A DNA stretch of 57,037 bases from a virus (lineage: Duplodnaviria; Caudoviricetes), in the IMG/VR virus record IMGVR_UViG_3300021062_000017, positions 1-57,037 of that record, one strand, 5' to 3'. Of this stretch, positions 26,190 to 34,943 are shown one piece after another (position 1 is the first letter of the stretch; every line of letters starts with the position of its first letter). The position numbers and the translations under genes were made by a program. Below the pieces are notes generated by a model, which saw only the letters and a list, made by a program, of their open reading frames with translations, did no database searches and had not been told where the DNA came from.

Positions 26190-26726
26190 ATGGACTGGTA
26201 CCGGATCACCTGCTGGCGCTGCCGTTGCGACTTCCTGGACACCGACCCCAGCGGCCGCTGCTGCTCAGGCTGCGGCGCACCTCGCATCGGCATGCGGGGT
26301 GATGGTCAGTACGTGCGTCATGCCTCGGTGCTGGTCGGGCCGTTGCCTGAGCCTGTGCCGCCACCCCGGCTCGGCGCCCCCTCGGCTCAGCAGCCTCCAG
26401 CGCGGGACGAAGACGGGCTGTTGCGCATCTACCAGTGGCGCCTGCGCAGCGCGACCACAGGCAAGCTCTACACCACGAGGCACAAGCTCACGGAGGCGAC
26501 TGCACGGGCGATAGACCCTGATGCGGTGCCGGTTGGCGAGCCCGAAATCATCCGTGGCGCAGGCGGGACACGCAGTACCGGGGACCTGATTCGACCGATG
26601 CCAGAAGCCGACGCACCACCGCGCACGCACGTCGAAGACTCGCCGGGAGGGCCGCTGGCTGGCTGGCGCGACGGGTCGCGGCACCAGTGGAGCCGGGATC
26701 CGGGGCGCGGCCGGCGTTACCGGTGA
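26190..26726 (+). CDS. Hypothetical zinc-ribbon protein
   Basis: CWRC...CSGCG at the N-terminus. Confidence 0.45.
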   Translation: MDWYRITCWRCRCDFLDTDPSGRCCSGCGAPRIGMRGDGQYVRHASVLVGPLPEPVPPPRLGAPSAQQPPARDEDGLLRIYQWRLRSATTGKLYTTRHKLTEATARAIDPDAVPVGEPEIIRGAGGTRSTGDLIRPMPEADAPPRTHVEDSPGGPLAGWRDGSRHQWSRDPGRGRRYR

Positions 26727-26853
26727 CTCCCCCTTCGGAGGGATAGCGCCCGCCGCCGCCTGCCGGCACAGTGCACCCCGGCCGGCGCAGTCGCAGCTAC
26801 GGCGCGCGGGATGGGCTACGGGCCCGATCGCGCCGGCTCACCCGTCCCTACGA

Positions 26854-27051
26854 CTAGTCATATTTGCCCGGGGCGGCAACCTCATGAGGCTCGACCGCGG
26901 ACCGCGAATCCTTGCCCGTGACGAAATCGATGGCCGACACGAGCACGGCCGCCAGGCACGTCAAGGCGGAGGCGGCGACCGCGAAGACCAGCACAACCAG
27001 GAGCAAGACCCCGCCAATGCACTGGCCGCTCAACTCCACTGCACGCTTCAT
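26854..27051 (-). CDS. Small membrane protein
   Basis: Long hydrophobic stretch. Last ORF of the late operon. Confidence 0.4.
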   Translation of the reverse strand: MKRAVELSGQCIGGVLLLVVLVFAVAASALTCLAAVLVSAIDFVTGKDSRSAVEPHEVAAPGKYD

Positions 27052-27113
27052 GGCGGTAACTGTAGGTTGCGAACTGTGACAGTGTACGGCCGATGCGGGC
27101 AGAACGTTGCGCA

Positions 27114-30100
27114 CTATGCAGTGCGGATGAACCGGACGGGCCCATCCTGGTGGGCCCAAATCAACCCCCCCAGGCGCGCGGAGTGTGCAAACCGACCGTA
27201 CGCCCCTGGGCGGGCATCCGTGCCGCCGGTCATCGCGCCCGTGATGGGCTGGGGCTGAACGGTCATCGTCCCCGCATCCACCCGGTAGAGGCTGGGCGTG
27301 GCCGTGCGGAGCAGGCACCAGAAGCAGTCCAGGGTCGAGTCGTACACCACCTCCTTGCGCATCCTGATTGCAGCGACGTGGGCTGGCTCGCCCTGCAGGA
27401 TCAGGGGCGAGGCCTTCGCGCTGTCGTTGAGGTCGAACGTCCACGACCTTCCAACGCCATTGTCGATGCACACCAGGCGGTTGCGACGGGTGTCCACCAC
27501 GTAGGCCGTCTCGTAGATGGCCTGCTGCCCGCGGTAGCCGAAGTCCGTGATAACGCCCGGCGCACCGTCAGGCGTGGGACTCGGCGACCACCGGCGGATC
27601 GTGCCGCTTGTGGTGTGCTGCCAGACGTTGCCGCGCCCGTCCTTGGCCGTGGGAATCGCGAACGAACCGCTCATGCCGCTCGCGTAGGTGCCGGCGGGAA
27701 GGTAGAGGCCGGCCGCCGGGTCGAAGGCATCCACCGTGCCGAAACCGGAGTTGCCATTGCCGTAGACTGCTGCTGCCCCCATGAACATCAGCCGCCCAAT
27801 CTGGTCGATGTACTGGATGTGCCAATAGGTGTGGCGGCTTGCCGGGCGGCCGTCAAGGTAATGCGAACGACCAACTTCGCTCGGACCCCAGCCAATCCGA
27901 TCGAACGGAGTGCGATCGGCGATGCGCTCCCACGCCGGCGTGTCGGCCCACAAGCGGAGACGGTAGATGTCGTTGCCCCAGCCGTCGTTATGGCCCCCAC
28001 CGGCCGCGTAGAGATCGTCATCCTCGCTCTTGGCGCCGCCGCTGTAGGCGTAGAAGCCCAGGCCGACCGACCCGGCCCCGCCCTGGAAAATGGGCAAGGT
28101 GCGCAGCTTCGTGCCTGGCAGTTCCAGCACATCGAAAGGACGTGCAGGGACGCGCCACGCAGGCAGGAGCCCGCTGGGGGGTGGTGGGGCGGGCACGGAC
28201 GTTGGCGCTGGTGCCGGCACGGGTGCGGGTGGAGCGGGCACTGGCACGGGTGTCGGCGCAGGCGCAGGGGTGGGCGTTGGCGCCGTGGCTGGGCTGGTCA
28301 CGGCCCACACTGGGTAAGCGCTGAAGGCGGCGGCCAGTGACGCAAAGTTCGCCGCGCCGCGGAAGCGCCGCACAGCCGCTTCGGCGCCCGGCATGCCGGC
28401 CTGGTGGGCCATGGCCAGCGCGCACGAAGCGATGCCCCAGTAGCCTGTGGCCTCCGTAGGCGCAGCAGCGCTCGTGCCACGCAGTCCGCTGTCCGTGCGG
28501 GTCCAGCGGCCGCGCGAAGCAGCCGCCCACAGGTCGCCCCAGGTGGAGTACCAGGGGCCGGCCCCGGTCACGAAATTCGGCGAATCGCTGGGCGCCACCG
28601 TCATCTCGTACTGCGCGGCGTCCATGTACGGGAAGGCCGTCGGGTCTGCCGGGTCGCCGAAGCGGCCGACGATGGACCGGGACTTCCACACGGCCAGCGC
28701 GCGCAGCTTTGGGTCGCCCGGCGCATTGGCAGCCATCCAGCACATGGCTGCAGTCACGAAGTCCTGCATCCAGATCGCTTCGTGGTACTCGCCGTCGCCG
28801 CTGGCGGTGTAGTCGCTGTAGGGTCGGACGAAGCCCTGCGGGTTGTTCGGCTGGGCCACGTACTGTGTGTGATAGGCATCCACGTTCTCACGCAGTGCCT
28901 GGGTGTACTGACTATCAGGGCCGCTCACGAGTGCGGCCTGCATCAGTGTGCGCAGCGCCCAGCCGGCGCCACGGGTGGTGTTCGCGCCAACGTGCGTCCA
29001 CAGCAGGCCACGCGCGAAGCCGCGCACGTGATCGACCTGTGCGAAGTGGTTGTAGGTCGCCGCGGCCAGCACATGGTCAGCGAAGAACTCCCAGCCTGTG
29101 AGAAGGTGCGCTAGGTATCCGACCGAGGGGTGGTGGCTGATGCGCCACCCCGCCCCGCCACCGCGGATCAGCTGGTTCTTGCTGCTGGCCTCGCTGGAGA
29201 GATGCGGATAGGTTGCGAAGGCTGGCTGCTCGCCGGTCGTCTCGTCGCGGTAGTGGATGCCGTACCGGCCCGCGGCCAATGCATGCAGCACGACTGCGCG
29301 CAGAGCACGTGGGTCGCGCGACGCGAGGTATGCCATGTCCCACTCGGGCAGCAGACCGATGGACGAGTGGTAGCCGGCGGTGCCCATCGCGCTGGGGTAG
29401 CCGGCTTGCATCAGCGGCACGTACTGCTGAGGCAGGCGCGCGAGCACCGCCTCGCTCACTGTCACGTTGACCGGCGGCACCAGCGGCCACGCGACATCGC
29501 GCACCGTTAGCGGAGCCTCCCCGCCGCTGATCCGCTGCGGCCACAGTGCCGCGCGGCAGTGCGGTTGCAGCGTGATGTCGTGAGCCGTGCGCTCGCCGCC
29601 GCCGATGACCAGTGCTAGCCGGCCCGTGGCGGCGGCCTTGCCAGGTTTCAGGAGGTAGCCGTTCTCGACCCAGGCGAGCACATCCTCGCCGTGGACCTCG
29701 AACCAGGCGACAAGCTGGTCCGTCAGCGGCTTGCGGTAGGTGGCGTGACCAGGTGCATGCTGCCGGTGCAGCGTGGCATCTGCCAGCGATGCCGCGCCGT
29801 GCGGCGCGAAGGACAGCACCACGCTATCGGGCGCAGGCGGCGGCGGTGGAGCGGGGCTCGGCTTAGGTGTTGGCGGCGGCGGGCTCGGTTCAGGGGTTGG
29901 GGCCGGCGGGGCCGGTACAGGATCAGGAACTGGCGCCGGCGCGGGCGCATTGGCCGCTCGGATCGCCTCCTCGGCCGCTGCGATCTCAGCCTGGGCCGCG
30001 TCGATGATGGCGATCTCGTCCTGCTCCGCCGCGTCGACCTCCTTCACGGCTTGGTCGGCAGCCGCGGCGGCGCGCGCCGCTTCCTCCGCTCGGGCGGCTG

Positions 30101-30203
30101 CCGCGGCGCGCGCCGCCTGTGTGGTGGCCTGGGCGGCATCGATCGCCGCGCGGGCCCGGGCCATGCGCTCCAGCTGCGCGGCGATGATGTCAGCGGCGGC
30201 CAT
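27114..30203 (-). CDS. Large multidomain protein (coiled coil, Pro linker, putative lyase-like domain, Pro linker, beta-propeller-like domain)
   Basis: About 1029 aa from MAAADIIAAQ. Two PA/PT linkers, HHPSVGYLAHLLTG and RGAGWALRTL motifs, and GGGHNDGWGND / PASRHTY propeller-like motifs. Confidence 0.7.
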   Translation of the reverse strand: MAAADIIAAQLERMARARAAIDAAQATTQAARAAAAARAEEAARAAAAADQAVKEVDAAEQDEIAIIDAAQAEIAAAEEAIRAANAPAPAPVPDPVPAPPAPTPEPSPPPPTPKPSPAPPPPPAPDSVVLSFAPHGAASLADATLHRQHAPGHATYRKPLTDQLVAWFEVHGEDVLAWVENGYLLKPGKAAATGRLALVIGGGERTAHDITLQPHCRAALWPQRISGGEAPLTVRDVAWPLVPPVNVTVSEAVLARLPQQYVPLMQAGYPSAMGTAGYHSSIGLLPEWDMAYLASRDPRALRAVVLHALAAGRYGIHYRDETTGEQPAFATYPHLSSEASSKNQLIRGGGAGWRISHHPSVGYLAHLLTGWEFFADHVLAAATYNHFAQVDHVRGFARGLLWTHVGANTTRGAGWALRTLMQAALVSGPDSQYTQALRENVDAYHTQYVAQPNNPQGFVRPYSDYTASGDGEYHEAIWMQDFVTAAMCWMAANAPGDPKLRALAVWKSRSIVGRFGDPADPTAFPYMDAAQYEMTVAPSDSPNFVTGAGPWYSTWGDLWAAASRGRWTRTDSGLRGTSAAAPTEATGYWGIASCALAMAHQAGMPGAEAAVRRFRGAANFASLAAAFSAYPVWAVTSPATAPTPTPAPAPTPVPVPAPPAPVPAPAPTSVPAPPPPSGLLPAWRVPARPFDVLELPGTKLRTLPIFQGGAGSVGLGFYAYSGGAKSEDDDLYAAGGGHNDGWGNDIYRLRLWADTPAWERIADRTPFDRIGWGPSEVGRSHYLDGRPASRHTYWHIQYIDQIGRLMFMGAAAVYGNGNSGFGTVDAFDPAAGLYLPAGTYASGMSGSFAIPTAKDGRGNVWQHTTSGTIRRWSPSPTPDGAPGVITDFGYRGQQAIYETAYVVDTRRNRLVCIDNGVGRSWTFDLNDSAKASPLILQGEPAHVAAIRMRKEVVYDSTLDCFWCLLRTATPSLYRVDAGTMTVQPQPITGAMTGGTDARPGAYGRFAHSARLGGLIWAHQDGPVRFIRTA

Positions 30204-30207
30204 GGCG

Positions 30208-30801
30208 TTAGCTCCCCGGCCGCGGCGCGGTGGCGCCGACCTTCGCGTCGCCGGCCCGCGTCTTCGGCTTGGGTGTCGGCGCGGGCGCCGGATCGGTGGC
30301 ATTGACGACCCCGCAGGTCTGCGCAGCCAACACCCAGCGGCCCTGCTCGCACCGCCAGTCTTGCACGCCCAGGCTGTTGCCGAAGAGGTCGTAGATCGGC
30401 CGGCGCGCGCCGTGGGGCGCCGCAGGCAGGATGTGCAGGTCAGGCGCCGACGACACGCCGGGCGGCTGGCTGCTGCAGAGGTCGCCCTGCGCACCGCCCC
30501 AGCGCTCGTAGGTGCTGCGCGCACTGCATGGCACGGCCGGCGGCGGCTCCGGCATGTAGGGGTCGCCACCATCGGCCACCCAGTCGCGGCACACGGCCCA
30601 GACGCCCTCGCGGCTCACGAAGCGCCGGTGGCACGAGTTGAACTGCGTGCGGTCGGCCACGCACGTCACCGCCTCGCCCTGCCACATGCCGATCGTGCCG
30701 GCGGGCGGGCTGCAGACGGATGGCGGCGGGGCGGCGCTCGCGACGGCCGCGGACAGAACGGCCGCGAGGACCGCAAAGGTCTTGCGCAGGAAGGCGCTCA
30801 T
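30208..30801 (-). CDS. Exported Cys-rich protein
   Basis: Signal peptide MSAFLRKTFAVLAAVLSAAVASA and 8 Cys. Confidence 0.6.
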   Translation of the reverse strand: MSAFLRKTFAVLAAVLSAAVASAAPPPSVCSPPAGTIGMWQGEAVTCVADRTQFNSCHRRFVSREGVWAVCRDWVADGGDPYMPEPPPAVPCSARSTYERWGGAQGDLCSSQPPGVSSAPDLHILPAAPHGARRPIYDLFGNSLGVQDWRCEQGRWVLAAQTCGVVNATDPAPAPTPKPKTRAGDAKVGATAPRPGS

Positions 30802-30850
30802 GGTGATGGTCCTTTCAGGGTTGCGGCCGTCGCGGGCGGCCGGGTGGCGA

Positions 30851-31117
30851 TCAAGGCTTGACCCGCTCCAGGCCGACCGGCGTGCGAGCCGTCGCACTCA
30901 GCACCTGCTCGGCGAACCGCGCTTTCTCGCGCATCGCCATCAGCTCGCGCACGTCCTCAGTCCGCAGCTCGGCGGTGACGCCGATGGGTCCGTACAGGCT
31001 GGTGACGAATGCGCGGTCGCCGCTCAGGCTGAGCGTCAGCAGGTTGCCGAATTGGCCTGGGCTGGTACCGCAGGCGGTGAGCGCCGCGCAGGCGGCCAGG
31101 GCAAAAATGGTCTTCAT
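30851..31117 (-). CDS. Lipoprotein (o-spanin candidate)
   Basis: Lipobox LTAC in MKTIFALAACAALTACG. Within the lysis region. Confidence 0.6.
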   Translation of the reverse strand: MKTIFALAACAALTACGTSPGQFGNLLTLSLSGDRAFVTSLYGPIGVTAELRTEDVRELMAMREKARFAEQVLSATARTPVGLERVKP

Positions 31118-31560
31118 GGCGCGATCCATTCAGCGGTGGAGGGATAGGTGACCGGCGCCGGCGCAACGAGCACCGGCCGTGCGTGGATGGGGTTGACGAA
31201 CCTCTCGCCGAACGCCCGGACAGCGCCGTGCGCGATGCCGGCCATGAGCGGGTGCATGCCGTCCTCGACGAACATCACACGCAGGAGGTCATCGGCCGCC
31301 TCCCGCCAGGTCGTCGACAGCCCGCACTCGCGCATCAGCTGGTAGAGCGCGTCGTGCACCAAGCTGCCGCGGACGATCTCGGGGCCTTGCGCGATCGGGC
31401 CCGACGCGCCGTCCCAGGCGTAGCCGGCGGCGATGGTCAGCGTGCCGTCGGCGGCCAGGCCCACGAACTTGCTGCCGGCGCAGGCCTCGGTGATCGGCGT
31501 CGCGCACTGAAAGGGCTCGGCGAGCTGGAAGCGGTAGCCGGCGCGGTAGTGGACCGTCAT
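31114..31560 (-). CDS. DUF1353-like protein
   Basis: GYAWDGAS...SLVHDALY...AD...AVRAFG. Confidence 0.75.
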   Translation of the reverse strand: MTVHYRAGYRFQLAEPFQCATPITEACAGSKFVGLAADGTLTIAAGYAWDGASGPIAQGPEIVRGSLVHDALYQLMRECGLSTTWREAADDLLRVMFVEDGMHPLMAGIAHGAVRAFGERFVNPIHARPVLVAPAPVTYPSTAEWIAP

Positions 31561-32174
31561 GGCAGCACCTGCAGCAGCTCGTCGGTGATGCTGCGCCGCT
31601 CGGCTCGCTTCAGCATCCCAGGGCCGTTCACCGCCTTGGTGATGGCGTCCCATTGCGCCGAGTCCGCCAGCGCGTTGCAGCGGTTCGTGTGCCAGTACCA
31701 CGCCGCGGTAAGGCAGGCATCAGGCGGCAGCGCGACCAGCTCCGGCGACTTGACGTAGGGCCGTCGCAACGCCACCGCAGCGTCGGCGTAGTTGCCGCGG
31801 CCGGTCAGCATCTTCAGCCCGCGCCCGCGGTATCGCCAGCCGTCGCCGCTGGCCTCGTCGCCGTTGCCGTTCACGTGCGCATAGGCCGCGTTGGCCAGCG
31901 CCCGCGGGTTGCGCGCCAGCTTCGCCACCTCGTTCATGCCGCGTTGGCGCAGGCGGTGGAAGACCTCCCAGATGCGTTCGGCCCTCCGGTAGTAGAGGCG
32001 CTCTTCCAGGCTCACGAAGTGCTCCGACTCCACGATGCATTGCGCCAGGAACCCGGCCACGCGGGCCCGCGTGGTGATGTCGAAGCGCTCGCACGCGATC
32101 GACAGCGGGACGGCGAAGGTGCGCGCCTGCGAGGGCGCCACCTCCGCGGCGATCAGGGCGGCGACGGTGATCAC
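31557..32174 (-). CDS. Endolysin, GH19 family
   Basis: FLAQCIVES, GNGDEASGDGWRYRGRGL..LTGRGNY, ITKAVNG. Confidence 0.9.
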   Translation of the reverse strand: MITVAALIAAEVAPSQARTFAVPLSIACERFDITTRARVAGFLAQCIVESEHFVSLEERLYYRRAERIWEVFHRLRQRGMNEVAKLARNPRALANAAYAHVNGNGDEASGDGWRYRGRGLKMLTGRGNYADAAVALRRPYVKSPELVALPPDACLTAAWYWHTNRCNALADSAQWDAITKAVNGPGMLKRAERRSITDELLQVLP

Positions 32175-32584
32175 GGCTTTTCCCCATCCAGCGGCGCCGG
32201 CCCGGTGGGGCCGAACTTGCGCAGGATCCGCGCCTGCAGCAGCCGCTCGGCCAGGTCGACCGCTCGGCCGCCCATGTAGCCGGCCATGCCGGTGATCGCC
32301 GCCGTGACCCCCAGCGGGACCTGCACGTGGTCGCACAGGAAGAACGCGCCCAGCCCAGCCAGCGCGCTGGTGGCCATTTCGCCGATCAGCGAGAACAGGC
32401 TTGCCGATGACAGCTCGCCGCGGCGGACCTTCGCGTACCAGCCGGCGAAGCCGCCCAGCAGCGACATGCCGAGCACCAGCGCGTACTGCTTCAGCGGCAG
32501 GCTGAGCACGTCGCGCGCTGCCTCGGCGGCATGCACGACGTGGGGGACGATGGAGAGGATCAGTGTGGTGAGGCGGCGGCGCAT
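32171..32584 (-). CDS. Holin (LydA-like)
   Basis: Three to four TM segments and GMAGYMGGRAVD, directly upstream of the endolysin. Confidence 0.8.
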   Translation of the reverse strand: MRRRLTTLILSIVPHVVHAAEAARDVLSLPLKQYALVLGMSLLGGFAGWYAKVRRGELSSASLFSLIGEMATSALAGLGAFFLCDHVQVPLGVTAAITGMAGYMGGRAVDLAERLLQARILRKFGPTGPAPLDGEKP

Positions 32585-32607
32585 CTTGGCTCCTTTGTTT
32601 CGATGGT

Positions 32608-33033
32608 TCACAGCGCCGCCGCCTGTACGAACATGGCGTCGCGTTCTTCGTCGGTTATCCCGGCTGCCTGCTGCAGCAGGACGGTCAGCGGCGACAGGCG
32701 CCGCACCGTCGGCCGGAACTCGAACTGCGCGGCCGTGATTGCGCGCTGCACAGGGTCTGGAATGGCAGCAATAGCGTCGAGCACCGCTTGATGCTTGCCG
32801 GCGGCGATCAGCACGCACCTGGCGCGCCACATCTCGACCTCGTCCGGCACGACCGGCGGCGGCTGAGCAGTCCACGGCTCCAGCACCCACGCGGTGCGCT
32901 GCCAGCGTGGCCACGGCTCGCCGTCGACGCGCTCCTCGGCGTGCGCCGGCGGCGCGATCGGCGTCGAGCGCGGCGTGTCGTCCTCGACTTCGCCGTCGTA
33001 CCAGCGCTGCGCGTCGTAAGCGAAAGCCGTCAC
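32608..33033 (-). CDS. Tail-associated protein (tail fibre assembly-like)
   Basis: GTGA overlap. C-terminus ...GITDEERDAMFVQAAAL is typical of this position. Confidence 0.6.
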   Translation of the reverse strand: MTAFAYDAQRWYDGEVEDDTPRSTPIAPPAHAEERVDGEPWPRWQRTAWVLEPWTAQPPPVVPDEVEMWRARCVLIAAGKHQAVLDAIAAIPDPVQRAITAAQFEFRPTVRRLSPLTVLLQQAAGITDEERDAMFVQAAAL

Positions 33034-34940
33034 AGCAGCTGCTCCGCGGTGAATGCCTTGGTCCAGTAGCCCTTGGCCATGGCGCGCAGCTTCTCCATGT
33101 CGGCCACCGTGGCAAGGAACGTGTGCCGCGGCAGGTTGCGCGCGTCGTCGGGGTCGAGCGACACGAGAACTTCGCCGGTCGCCCCCTGCGTGCGCATTAG
33201 CTCGTAGATGGTGTCCCAGGCCTCGGCATCGGCGAGGTAGTGGAAGGTGAAGTCGAGACACTTCGGCGCCGGCAACTCGTCGAAGTAGCGCGCGCCGCTG
33301 GCCGTCGTGACGGTCGTCGATCGCGGCTTGAAGTAGATGCCCAGGCCGCAGGCTACGTCACGCTCACTTTGGAAGGCATTCCAGGCCATCATCGGGCGGC
33401 CGTACTCGATCCAGCCATCCGCGTTCGATGTGTCGTTGATATCGACACGCCAATACGGGTAGCTTTGCGCCGCGCCTGGGCGGTACAACGCCGGAGTCTG
33501 CTCCCCGCGACGCATTCGCTCGGTAGTCGCCGCCACGTACGCAGCAGGCCATGCATCAAACGTTCCGCTATCGAAGTCAGCAGGAGTCTCCAGTTCGCTG
33601 CCTGAAAGACCCTGAAGCTGCGCATTGGTCATCGCAGCGGCATAGACGCGCACCCTCTCGATGTATCCAACGTGGTTAACCGAGCCATCGCGAGAGCCGA
33701 GATTCAGGTGGAAAGAACTGCCGGTAGGCACCGCGGCCGTTGTGTCCTGTGCGGCGGCGCTGCCATTGGACGAGTAGCGCACGTTGTTCGTCGCCCACGC
33801 CATTGCGAAGGTGCCAACATCGCCAGCCACCAAGGTGGGCCCGTTCGCCCCTACCTGCTCCGACAGCCTCACTACGCTGAAGAAGATTCGCGTTCCGTCA
33901 TGGCTGATTCCGGCTTGATCGGCTGCCGCTCCGTATAGCGTGCAGATTCCGGTCACACTCGCGGGAATTGACATGAGCTTCGCCTTGACAACAACCGTAC
34001 CTGTCGCAAAGGACAGCCCGGCGGACTCGGCGTTCAGATACCGAGGCGAGTCCTGTTGCCGCGTGACTGTTGCCGTTGTCGTTGGTATCGGCGTGGTCGG
34101 CACCGAGCCACCCTCCAGCTGCACAAAGTCGACAGCGACGGCATCGCCGCTAGTGGCGAGGCGAATCCCGATCACCGGGTTCGTGCCGCTGACGGCGATA
34201 TCGAATCTCTTGTACTTGGTCGAAGGCGGAACGATGGCCGTACTCGTGGCGAAGTTGTCGCCGCTAATGGTGACGGTCCCCGAGCCGACGACGCGCCTGA
34301 CGTACATCGACAGTCGGCGCGCGGCAGAGGCCGCGGTGATCGACTGCGTCATTTGACCGTTGGAGCTCGTAGCAGTCAGCGTCGTCGCCGCGTTAGCCAC
34401 GCCGTCCAGCCCAGTCGAAGTCAGTGCGGCCGTCGCACTCGACTTGGTCCAGGTGGCATTGCTGCCGTCGCGCGAGCGGAGGGCGAGGTTCGTCGCGCTG
34501 GGTTCATATATCAGGCCCAGCGGCAGGCCGGTATCCAGATCCCAGCCGACGCGGGCGACGCCAGATCCGGCGCTGGCGAGCACGCCTTGTCGGTTGATGT
34601 AGTAGGCGGTGTCGGTGCGCGCTGTGGTGATGCCGGAAGGTGGCGAATCGCCAGTGCATACGAGGTCGATGGCAGCGATTGGGCTGCTCGTCCAGGCGCG
34701 TAGACGCAGTTGTGCGGATGTGCTGAAGTTGCCGCCCAGCGCCGCAAAGGCGGCCATCGTGATCGCCGATGGCGCGGAGATGTAATGCCACGTGTTGCGC
34801 GTATCGGTTCCGGCGGTGCGCGCTCTTTGGTCAAGTTGGCGGGTCTGAAGGTACGGCAGCGGGAGAGTGGCAGTCCATGCGCCGCCGCTGAGCGTGCACT
34901 CGTCGATGGTGTTGTCGTAGCAGAGGAGGAGCTTGCCCAT
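33030..34940 (-). CDS. Tail tip protein with inserted carbohydrate-binding/LamG-like modules
   Basis: GLIYEPSATNLAL...QLEGGSVPTTPIPTT...TRQQD module inside a tail-protein scaffold. Confidence 0.65.
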   Translation of the reverse strand: MGKLLLCYDNTIDECTLSGGAWTATLPLPYLQTRQLDQRARTAGTDTRNTWHYISAPSAITMAAFAALGGNFSTSAQLRLRAWTSSPIAAIDLVCTGDSPPSGITTARTDTAYYINRQGVLASAGSGVARVGWDLDTGLPLGLIYEPSATNLALRSRDGSNATWTKSSATAALTSTGLDGVANAATTLTATSSNGQMTQSITAASAARRLSMYVRRVVGSGTVTISGDNFATSTAIVPPSTKYKRFDIAVSGTNPVIGIRLATSGDAVAVDFVQLEGGSVPTTPIPTTTATVTRQQDSPRYLNAESAGLSFATGTVVVKAKLMSIPASVTGICTLYGAAADQAGISHDGTRIFFSVVRLSEQVGANGPTLVAGDVGTFAMAWATNNVRYSSNGSAAAQDTTAAVPTGSSFHLNLGSRDGSVNHVGYIERVRVYAAAMTNAQLQGLSGSELETPADFDSGTFDAWPAAYVAATTERMRRGEQTPALYRPGAAQSYPYWRVDINDTSNADGWIEYGRPMMAWNAFQSERDVACGLGIYFKPRSTTVTTASGARYFDELPAPKCLDFTFHYLADAEAWDTIYELMRTQGATGEVLVSLDPDDARNLPRHTFLATVADMEKLRAMAKGYWTKAFTAEQLL

Positions 34941-34943
34941 GTG

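Noticed and set aside
26727-26850. Hairpins between convergent genes as a possible ribozyme
   Set aside because: No catalytic consensus recognised. More likely terminator-like or chance GC pairing.
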